This document shows positions 26,864 through 37,327 of a DNA stretch of 64,000 nt, one piece after another; within the stretch, counting starts at the first letter, position 1, and each line of letters starts with the position of its first letter. The notes under the pieces were generated by a model. That model worked only from the letters and a program-made list of their open reading frames with translations, did no database searches and was not told the origin of the DNA. This DNA is from Zygnema circumcarinatum SAG 698-1b. Its lineage: Eukaryota > Plantae > Zygnematophyceae. The position numbers were made by a program, and so were the translations under genes. The stretch spans positions 4,503,909-4,567,908 of the forward strand of contig CM074804.1 of the NCBI GenBank assembly GCA_037447605.1, given 5' to 3'.

Positions 26864-29762
26864 GGACTTTCATTGCACGTACGCGCGTGCAATAAAAGTG
26901 AAAGCGAGAGAAGAATTGGGCCAAGAGAGAAAGATGGAGAGTGAGGGACTGAAGGAAAGAGAAAAAAGGAAACAGAAAGTGCATAAGGATCGAATGTAAG
27001 CCAATCGCTGGCAAGAGCGGTTCCAAGACTGGTGAACTTGCTTGCAAGGAGCCAACTTTTTCATCTCTCAAACAGTCAAAACAGCGTCAATTACGCTCGT
27101 GCTTACCAAAGTCAGCACGAAGCAGAGTCTTCCTGCACATTGCTGAAGGTACAGAATGGACGCTCCTTACGGCTACCTCTCTACGACAATAAACAGACCC
27201 TATCACATTGATCCATTACATGAACGAGCTTAACTGTTGGTATATCAAAGTCTCAAGTATCACGAGGCTATCTCATTACAGAGCAAGCAGCCGTGACATC
27301 CCTGCAGGGGCTGTCACTAGTGCTGCTTCAAGAGGGAGCGCCTCGCAGGGAGAACCTTTCAGCAGCTTTACTTTAGCAAATTTCCTCAATTCGCCGGCCG
27401 TCTAAGCACAACAGGGCCCAAGGAAGGGCCGAAGCAGAAGGAACCGCAGTGCAGCTGCTGCAACCATCCCAGGCTTCCACTGCGTTCGCTCGCTCCACTT
27501 TTTAGACAAGACAAGCAGCGGTCCAAAAAAGGAGGAGCGGCAGTGCACGGCCGTACGATCACACCGTACGAATACTTTGTTTGATCGCCAGGTGTGCAGT
27601 CCCGCGCACCACCACGTGTACTTGTTTGTACGGCGCATCGCAAACCCACACGTGCCGCACGTGTTGACTGTACGGCCGGGCGGGCGGCGCCTGCCCCTTG
27701 GCGTCCCGAGGGGCCTTCGGCCATTCCTTGGGGGGAGGCCTGCAGCCCGCAGGCGCCGTACGGCCCTCCAGCGGCGCGCAGCACGGACCCCGTCGCACGG
27801 CACGGGACGGGACGGGGGCCCTCCGCGCATGTGAAAGGGCCGCAGTTTGGCATTGCATGTTTGCCGGTTGCGGCGTGCCTGGGCTGCTCCCTCATCGCGG
27901 TGGCACGATACGGTACGGTACGTCACGATACGATACGACACGATACGTACGTGTCGCTGGCGACAACCGGGCCGGCGAAACCGGGGGCGGAAAAGGGGAA
28001 GAAAGAGGGAGGGAGAGAGTGGGAGAAGCAGCTAGAGAGAGGGCGAGCGACGGACAGGCGTCTGCGGGCCGCCATCCCTTGGCGTCCATGGAGCTCGGCC
28101 ACGAGCTCATATCGCCTCCACGATGCGAAGCGGTCTCCGCCCCTCCGCTCCCTCTCCCCCCTTTCTCCTTTCCCCCTCGCTATCTCCTCCATCTGTGTCT
28201 CCCAATATCTGCTTTTCTCATTTTTTACTCATTCATAACACTATTTGCACTACTTGCAAGTTTCTTATTTAGAATGAGTTGGACCTTCACATGCAGTGTG
28301 CAGTATTTTATTGAATATCAGAAGCATGAAAAGTGCCATGTAACTCGTATTCGCACTGCCACTGAACCACCGCCTAAGTCCTCGATCCTAGAAATTCTGC
28401 AAGCCCTAAAAACACGAAAACTCTAAAATCGCAGAAGGCCTCAAGTACGTGCCAATGACGAAACCTGAAACCCTAAAGACCCTTCAAGCCTTAAAACCCT
28501 AAAGACAATAAAAATCTTAAAAGCCTGAAGGACCTGCAAATCCGAAAGTCTTATTGTGATAAGAATGTTCAAAAGTAATCTCCTTCATTCTCCAAATTTG
28601 CTTTTCGCACATTTTTTGCATTTGCTTATTTCTTCACTACTCTAAAAATCATCATTAGACCCAGACGCTAACTCTCTAGCCATTACATAAACTTGTTGCA
28701 CATATGACAATTCGCTAGTGCAATTAGTCACATCGCCCATGGCACCACATCCTTCCCCGCAGTCCCTGTTCCCGTCAGCGCTGCACCGTGACAAGTTGCG
28801 CCGCCGCAAAGCACGTGCGAGCGGGCCTCGCTTCGTTACCATTTCCGCATTCCGATGCCGCAGTGGGCGGCCGGCCACCGGGCAGGCAGGCAGGCAGGCG
28901 GCGGCGGCTGCCGGCCGGCAGGACCGCCGCCAACACATGCCGCCGCGGCACGGCACGGCACGGCGGGGCCTGCCGGTCCGCCATGGCGCCGCGCCGCCAA
29001 CAACCAGACGCTGCCGACCGACCGACCGACCGACCGATTGGCCGCCCGGCCAAAACAATGCCGCCGTACTGCTGCATCTGCGGGCCGTACGGGATTCCCC
29101 TGTACGGCTGTCCGACTTCAATAAATTACGACTGGCTGGCAGGCTGGCGCTGGCGGCGATCTTGGCTCCGTCCTGTCTCGTCTTGTCCCGAGGGAGGGAG
29201 GGAGGCGCGACTCTCGTCTGCCGGGGGGGGGGAACCGTCTGCCTCGTCGCAGTTCCGTTCCCCCCCACTGCGAAACTGCGGAAGAGAGAGATCTGGCCGC
29301 GAGCGTGCCTCCTCGCGTCCCGGAGAGCCGCCCTTCGCCCCGCCCCCCCTCCCCCCCCCCGCGGCGAGAACCTTCCGGACGCGCCCTCGCTCGCTGCCTG
29401 CCTGTCGGTCGGTCGGACGGTCGGGGGAGGGCCGGCCAATCGGAGGGCCGCGCTGACTCACCCACGCGCGCGGGCGGGGCCGCGCTGGCCCGCCGCCAGG
29501 ACCGGCGGGGACCAGGCCGGGCCCGTCGCGGCGAATTCACCAAATGTGTGCCCACGTGGCGGCCGCCTACTGGCTCTCCCCCGGCCGCCGAAAAAAAGGC
29601 CCCTGCCGGGAACCCCTGGGGAGGGGAGGGGAGCCGTTAGTGACGTCCCGGCCACGTTGGCGCGGAGCCGCGGCTGTAGCCAGGACCTAGGCTGTAGCGT
29701 GGTGGCGGCTGTAGCGAGGTGGACCGCCAGGTCCCGCGGGGCGGCGGGCAACCGACCGACTT

Positions 29763-29770
29763 ATATATAG
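29763..29770 (+). promoter_or_regulatory. Candidate TATA box of phytoglobin 1
   Basis: TATATATA lies ~165 bp upstream of ATG 29931, embedded in otherwise very GC-rich DNA. Confidence 0.5.
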
Positions 29771-29930
29771 ATAGAGAGGGCGACGTAGCTTCAGGCTGCA
29801 GACGGCGGATAGCGGACTGGCGGCTGGCAAGCGGAGGCTCTGAGCTGCGGCTGCGAGGGAAGGGGAGGGGAGGGCAGGTAAAAGGGATTGCGTAGGGTTT
29901 CGGAAGCCGAGTGTGATATCTGCAACAGCC

Positions 29931-31241
29931 ATGGCGTTGACGGAAGCGCAGGCGCAGTTGGTGAAGGACGGGTGGGAGCTCGGGGTGATGCCGGACTTGG
30001 ACAAGCATGCGATGGTCTTCTTCCTCGGGTGAGGACTGAGCTGTTTGGTGTGGCACGTGCAGTAAGCAGAAGGTTTTCTTTCAAGTGCTTTTCTGTTCGT
30101 TCTGCCCGGATGTATCGTTGTTCTTACGACGTGTTACTTGCCTTTGTCTGCTCTCCTGTCCCTATCTCTTCCCTTACGTTCGTATCCTGTCACTATTCTT
30201 TCTCTCTTCATTTCTAAGTTCCCTCTCATTTTCTATTTCTGTCATCCCATCAGCTCCCCTCCTGACCTTTTGCAGCTGCCCTCACCTTGATTTTCTCTTT
30301 ACCACGTGTCCTTTGTCTCTCCTTACTTGATTTTTCTCTTCACCGCTCATGATTTTTTTGTTCAATTTCCTTCATTCTTCACCTTGTCTCGGATTCTTCC
30401 TTGCTGCTTCTCTTGCATCATGGCTTCCGAAATTTCTGATCGATCCATTTCAGAAAAAAAGGTGCTTTTATACCGTGCACCTCCGCCTCCCGCTCCTTTC
30501 CTTCCATCCTCTTCTCGAACTCTCCTGCCTCCCTCCTGCCTCCTGACGCCCTGCTCCTTCTGACGCCATGCCTGACAGAATCTTTGAGAGAGCCCCTTCA
30601 GCGAAAGCCCTCTTTTCCTTCCTCCGCGACGTCCCTCCTGAGGAGGACCTCAGCACCAGCCCCCAGCTGCAGAAGCATGCCACGTATGCCCTCAAGACGG
30701 TGAGTCGTCCATGTCCATACGCGTGTTCAGATTTAATTGACTCGTACATGCTTTCTGCCGTTACGTGATGGGCGAGGTAGGAATTTCATTGAAGTGTGGG
30801 AGTTCAAATTGTAACTGAATAAGTGTTGGAGTGGAGATGCAGGCGGGAGAGGCTGTGGCGACATTTGCTGATCCGGTTGCCTTTGAAGCAACCAAGAAGA
30901 AGCTGCGAGTGCTTGGAAAAATTCACGCCAAGTACAATGTCCAGGAGGCTCATTTTCCGGTAGGTGGATGCAACGGATTTTAGTAATGAAATATTCAATC
31001 GTGATGAGCAGTGAGTTAATTTTTTTTTTTGTTCCTTCCCCTATTTCGTGTTTGGGACGAGGCTTAAGGTGGTTTGTTTGTGCTGCAGGTGGTGAAGGAT
31101 GCGCTGATGGACACTTTACGGAAGGGGTTCCGTTCACTCTGGAACGGAGACATGGAAGCTGCATGGAGCACCGCGGTTGACATTGTTGCGACTGAAATGA
31201 TTGTGGGGCTCAACGAGGGCTACGCCAAATTGAAAGTGTAA
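29931..31241 (+). CDS. Phytoglobin (non-symbiotic 3/3 plant hemoglobin), copy 1
   Basis: Exons 29931-30028, 30579-30699, 30843-30959 and 31089-31241 give MALTEAQAQLVKDGWELGVMPDLDKHAMVFFLRIFERAPSAKALFSFL...KHATYALKT...LGKIHAKYNVQEAHFPVVKDALMDTLRKG...AWSTA...LKV*. It has the canonical three-intron plant globin layout (phases 2,0,0) and CD1 Phe, E7 His and F8 His. Confidence 0.95.
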
Positions 31242-32874
31242 AATAGGACGGGAAATTAGAGCAGTGGAGGGCAGCATGGGTGGTAGGAAGCAGCAGGTTA
31301 CGTTCGCACTCGTTGAGGATATCCCTTGTTCCTAGTGCTTAGGTCGTGGGCGAGGTCAGTGTAGAATTAAAATCGACTAGTCGAATAGTCTTCTGGTTTT
31401 ACAACAAGCAGATTGCGATCTGAACGTGGCTTTCTGTTTTTGGAATTCCTTTTTCCTTTAACTACGTTACGTGTAAATGAGAAATCTATTGTAAATTTTT
31501 GTGGGGTCCACGCTCCACCATTCCTTCAGTGTAAACAAGCGAACGCAGTAAACGCCGTGAGCTCGCTCCGCATGAGCTGCATGAGCCGTTGTTCCATTGC
31601 CCCAAAACCTTCCTCTCTGAAAAGAACCACGAGGGCGAGGTACGGTGGCAGCAGCGGCGAGGACTGGCGGCCGTCCGTACAAGTTTCGCACGAGTGGTAT
31701 CCAGCCCAGAATGCTCCACCGACTAATCCACTTTCGCCAGCTGGCGAGGACGGGCAGGAAAATGTTTAAATTTGCTGCGAACGAAGTGGGAGTGGCCAAT
31801 GAGAGAGAGTCAGGCACGCTCATGAATTGTCGCACGTGTGAAAAAAAAACAACTGCTCAAGCTGCCAGCTTGCAATTCGCACGGCGCGTTTTCGCCCTCC
31901 CCCAACCCGCGGCCCTTGGCGAGGGCGGGCGGGCGGGCGGCAAGTCGAACTCGGTTAGCGTCTCGCGCGTTCTCAGTGGCAGGCTCGAGGTGCGGACTAC
32001 TACTTCCGTCCATCCCTCCCCGGGCTGCCTATGGTCCGCCGTCCTCTTGTCCTACTCGTAGCCCCCCTGCGTGCGGCCACTCGGACCTCGGTTTTGTCTC
32101 TAGGGGGGCCCGGCCCGAGCGGCCGGCCGGTTGGTTGCTTGTTTTACGAGACGTGACATGACGTGTCGTGACGTGCTGAGTGACACACTCGGCTGACTCC
32201 TGCAAGTCCTCCCTCGGTCCCTCAGGCCCTCCCTCAGGCCCTCCCTCCCTCAGTCCCTCCATTCCTCAGTTCCTCCCTCCCTCCCTCCCTCCCTCCCTCC
32301 CTCAGTCCCTCTCCCTCCCTCCGTCAGTCCCTCCGTCCCTCCCTATCGGCCGGGCCGGGCCCTGCGGGCGGGCGGGGCCGTACTCGCTCGTCGCGAGGCT
32401 GTCTGTCTGTCTCTCCGCCTGTCTGCCTACGCGCGCGGCGACATCCGGGCCGGCCCGGCCCTGCGGAGCAGCAGGAACACTCCTCTCTCCTTCTCCTGCC
32501 TCCCCTCTCCCTTTCCCCCCGCCTAGTCGCGATCCAACGGGCCCCCCTCTCTTTTTCCCCGCACTTGCCCCTCTCTCCGCCCACGTGCGGCCGCACACAT
32601 TCTGCTCTGACTCTTCTCTCCGCCATTTCTCCTTTCTCCTCCTCTTCCCCCCCCAACCCCACTCCCTCCCCATCCCCTCATCTACCTCTCCCTCTCCCTC
32701 TCCCCCTTTCCCACTACCCTTTTTCCCCTATCCGTCCCCCTCCCCGCCCTCCTCCACCTCTCCCACTCTCTCCCTCCCCCTGCACTCTCCCGTATCCCAC
32801 TCCCTCCTCACTTTCCCGCTCTCGTACTCTCCCTCTATCGTGCCTTCTTTACCTCTTCCTCCCCTGCAGCTTGA

Positions 32875-33222
32875 ACGATTTTCGTGAGAACCCATCAAAG
32901 CCAGCTGCTTCTTCTTCTTCTGCTTCTTCTTCTTACCTCCAACGGAGACCCCTGACAAAAAATGTCAAACTTTATAAGAATGCCGCGTGTGCCTAAAAAG
33001 CGGCTGAATGTGCGTTGCTTATTTAAAAAACTCACGCGATTGAGCAGGACTTTTTTTTTGTTTCTGATCGTTGTATGTCACAAGTGGCAAAAGGATTTTT
33101 GATGCAGAATATATGGAAGGGTTCAGTTCGCTGTGGATGGCTTGGAGCGCCGACTTCCGTTGGAGCTCACGGCGACTGCCGGACTGGAGGAAGATGCACG
33201 CAATCACCAATTTGCAGTTGCA
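32875..33222 (+). pseudogene. Decayed third phytoglobin copy (exon 2 and exon 4 relics)
   Basis: The exon-2 relic reads FRENPS...SYLQ...KLYKNAACA* (vs FERAPS...SFLR...QLQKHATYAL), with a (TCT)n expansion and a premature TAA. The exon-4 relic from 33084 reads VAKGFLMQNIWKG, then a frameshift, then FSSLW..AWSA (vs VVKDALMDTLRKGFRSLW...AWSTA), about 40/55 nt identical by eye. Confidence 0.7.
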
Positions 33223-33287
33223 GTTACTCAACAAAAGGTGCCCAACAGACATTTGGATTTGGGAGGGGGGGGGGGGGGGGGGGGGGG

Positions 33288-33297
33288 NNNNNNNNNN
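33288..33297. other. Assembly gap (10 N) inside a poly-G run
   Basis: A run of N flanked by G homopolymers. Confidence 0.99.
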
Positions 33298-33804
33298 GGG
33301 GGGGGGAAGAGGAAAGAGAGGAAGAGGCAGAGGCAGAAAGAGAGGGAGAGATTATTTCTCCTTTTTTTATTTCCTTTCCATCCCGTCCCACGTCCTTAAT
33401 AGCTGTACAATACGTTCGTTGTAAAGTACTAGAACTTCTAAAACGACTCCACCTTCAATCAAAAGCATTTCAAACGTAACCCTTTGCACTAGACCTACTT
33501 GTATCTTGCAAACATCAACACGAACTGCAACCACCCTTAGCTCTAATCCTAACCCCATTCTAACTCTAGGACCAGCCATTACTTGTCTCTAGCCCTCATT
33601 CCAACCCTAACCTTATGCCTTTGCCTTCCAGAAAAGGACGAAGCGTCTTGCAGAGCAAGACTCCCCAGATTTATCACAAAACACCCGCTGTACATCTATA
33701 CAGAGCCACACACAAAAAAAAAAAACCCCCTACTAAGCACATAAAGATGCGCTTGGACTAGTTAGACCGTAGCCGCACATGAATCATATGTGGAAAGCCC
33801 TTTC

Positions 33805-35203
33805 TCAGTCATCAGCTGCGTTCTGTTTTGCATAGCCCTCGCGGAGGCCCTCTATCATTTCCCCTGTCATCATGTCGATGGCTATGTTCCATGCAGTCTC
33901 TATGTCAGTTCTCCACAACGACCTTAAGGCTTTCCTTAGAGTATCCATAAATGCAGCCTTCATGATCTGTTCCTCCAAACAGATAGTTGTGTTTCAGTTA
34001 ACAGAGCTGAAATTTTAGGTTTGAAAAAACACATAATGTTAGTATGCAAGAGTGTCGTGTGAGGAGATGATTTCTGAAAGGGGAACGGAGTGAAAAGAAA
34101 GGTGATGGAGAATGGGGGAGGAAGGGAGGGAGAACGAGGAATGAAGGGGGGAAGAGGAAGGAGGGGAAGAGAGAGAAGGAGGGAGAGGAATAGAGAAGGG
34201 AAGAGAGAGAGGTGCTGATGACCAAAGGAGAGGATTGGGCGCTTGATAGGAGGAGGAAAGAGAGGAGATGGACCAGGGGGTGAAAGACAAAATAGGAGAG
34301 CGAGGCAAAGGGGGTGGTAAAGCAGAGAGAAGAGAACAGTGAAAATAGAGGGAAATGCGACTGACAGGGTTACTGGATAAACAGCAAAGGAGTCCTTGAA
34401 TCTGAACGTTTAGCTTTTATCTCATTGGTCTCCAACAATTCTTCTTTGGTTTTTATTATGAGGACGCCAACTCAGGTTCTTTATCCTCTACGGTCCGTTC
34501 TTTGATATTTAATCAATGATCTTTGAACTGGGAACGTGAGACCACAGATGGATGTACCGGAAAGTGCTCCTCCTTCACATTATGCCTTGAATGAAGTCTT
34601 CCCAGAACTCGAATCTTCACCAAAGTCATGGCTATGGCGTCTGGTCCTTCAAATGAAGCTGCTGAACTGCCAATCTGCTCAACCATATGACTGAATAAGC
34701 CACACGTAGAAATGCATGACAAATAAATGCTCAGTCCTTGAAAATATACTAATTTCAATTCTCCGGCTGCCACTGCAAAGACAGGAGTGAGAATACTACA
34801 GTAACTGAAGGTCGAAAGCTCTCGTTGAAGGACTGGTTCTATGTATGAAAATTTGAAATTACCGCTTTCAACGCTTTCGTCGCATGGAGCTCTAGCAGAT
34901 CGCTGGGCCGCGCTCCTTGCTTCGGACAGAGGTCATACAGAAATAGCAGAAGCGTCTTTACCTCCGGGACTCTTGAAATAAATCTGAATCCAAAACAAAT
35001 TGATGCTCTTTTTTTTTGTTGAAAAAATAAACTAAAATTCAATCAAATCTTGCCCACTGTACTGCCAATAGGGGCATCGGACAGCGCGTCAGATGCACAC
35101 ACCCCATAAAGAATACCATGGCATGCTTATCGACGCACGGCCCCACCACGACCTCCCACGTGTCCTTCACCAGCCGCGCCTGCCGCTCCGTGAGCATCGC
35201 CAT
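33805..35203 (-). CDS. Phytoglobin copy 2 (divergent), convergent with copy 1
   Basis: Exons 35203-35103, 34983-34863, 34674-34558 and 33966-33805 give MAMLTERQARLVKDTWEVVVGPCVDKHAMVFFMGFISRVPEVKTLLLFL...ELHATKALKA...LGRLHSRHNVKEEHFPIMKAAFMDTLRKALRSLW...AADD*. The internal exons (121 and 117 bp) match copy 1 in length. Confidence 0.92.
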
Positions 35204-37327
35204 GGATGCGCGACCTCTGCAGCAGCTCTGGCTCTGCTCCGGCTCTGACCTCGCTCTGGCGGAGGGGTCAGAGTGAAAAGGCTCCGGAGGGTAAAAATTT
35301 CTGGCAGGCGGGAGAAACGTCCCTTTGCTGCCCAACATGTCGGGCAGCTCCCGGGCAAGGACAGAGAAATCCTGTTCCGTTCCCGCCGTCCGCTGATTAG
35401 CGAGACTGGAACTATTTCGAGTGCCACCGGGCAGGAAGAAAAACGTCTGAAGTCTGCCCGGATTTGGGAAGGTGTCTGGTGTCTGGTGTCTGCTCCCGGG
35501 AGAGATATTAGAAGGCTTGCCACTTCTGTCGCTTGGCTCTGGAGGGCGTCGCCATCGCGAGTTGTGCAATGCAATTCTACATGATGGACAAGAGGCGATG
35601 TGTAGAGCCACTGTTGAACGGTCACAGATAACTGGGAAAGAAAGAGAGGCTATGCGCGGCCCAACTCTGCTTTTAGACCTAACAACACAACACGGCTCTA
35701 AAAACTGCCGCAAAGGTCGCCGATTTGGAGCATATCTCGCCGAGAAGCGGGAGGCCGCTGCTAGACGACCTCCTTTTGGTCGTTGTTAGTCCGCTGCTAG
35801 GAATGTCGTTGTAAGACCAGTCTGCGGCTGGAATTTCCGCCATGGTCTACCGTAGAGTGGCTATGTACGGCTTTAGTCGTGGTTTTGCAGCCATTGGAGC
35901 ACGGTACCTCGAAGTGGTAGGGTTTTGAGCGAAACTGGCGCATACTGGACCCTTGGCCTTGAGCACGGGAAGTCGAGTAACGGAGGAATGCTGTGGCAAA
36001 ATAAAGAGGGACAGCGAGATGTAGAGAACCATCATTATAACCCTAAACACAATGTCACATCTTCACCTAAACACAGTTCTATCCAAGTGAAATGGCTGTA
36101 CAAAAAGAAAATAATGAAGAAAAATGGCGACTTCATTATTCTAGAGGTGTCGCTACAGCACATTGCCGAGATATGCGTTGCTGCTGAAAAAAAAAAGAAA
36201 ACGATGGCCTACCCAAAATTGCTTAGCGAATAGCAGGACGAGAGTAAGTGAACTGACAACGAGTCTCAAGTCGGCTGCAAGCGACATCTCCCAGGGACGC
36301 TCGGCAACAAGGGGCTACGTAGTGCCTCTCCATGAATGCATGCCCATGGCAGACTTTCCTCACTGGAATGAGAAATCATGCAACTTCTTCCGTGTGGCGC
36401 CAGGTTCACATTTAAGAATCAATTGTGTTTCTGTCCTAAGGGACTGCGGTATTTTGCATAGGGGACGTGCCAAGGCTCCTATAGTGAAGTAATGGTGGCT
36501 GAAATGAACCTCAATTCTCAAGAGGGTCCTGCCGAAGCCTCGAGGGCCCGGCACAGTGCGACTCACTTAGTTGCCCATCGGGACATGTCCTGTGAACGGG
36601 ATCCCAATTCGGTCTATCCCCTGTCTCAACTCCCATGTCATACCACCCCATCCCATCCCATGTGCATGTGCCACATGCCACGCCATGCCAGAGCAGATAA
36701 TCACATCACGAGCTTCTAGTGGAAGCAAAGGCGAGAGATCCATTAAAATCGTCCGCAGCTCGTCAGTGTACATAAATGTCAACAGAAGTGACGGTTTTGC
36801 CCTACAGACTAACTGATATTTATGAGCTGCCGGAACGAGGGCTTCCCGATTAACTGAGACATGGAAACTATCAGGCACCCTCGACCCTGGCAGCACTGGC
36901 AGGCACCGTATCCTGCCCACGATAGAGATCCTTCAAACTAATCTGGCTCACATCAAACTCATATTAAAAAGGCAAAGAAACTTATCCGACAAAATTGTCG
37001 TGAAATAAACGTCGTGAACTGAACGATAAAACAAAATATAGTCACTGAAAAGCAATTGAATGATGCAATCCGACTTTCCTCCTAAAGACCCGAAACCGTC
37101 TTCCCCCACTCCCCTCCCTCCCTCCTCCCAAACGTAACTCTACTGTATAAAGCCTATCGAGACCCTAATGGCTCACAAAATGCAGAATCAAAGGGAACGA
37201 AGGGCATCTGCTAGGCCTCTTCAAAAAAAATGCCTTCTACAAGCTACTTCACACCAGACAACCATAACGTGATGGACCACTTCCGAATGAATGGTACTCA
37301 TATACAGGCAATAAGGTGATACAAAAA

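Noticed and set aside
27386-29770. Long Arg/Ala/Pro-rich ORFs (up to 350 aa) in many frames
   Set aside because: High GC suppresses stop codons. There are no motifs, and the region looks like promoter/5'UTR DNA.
32180-32887. 235-aa Pro/Ser ORF
   Set aside because: It is a CT-rich low-complexity tract, probably an intron-like relic of the globin pseudogene.
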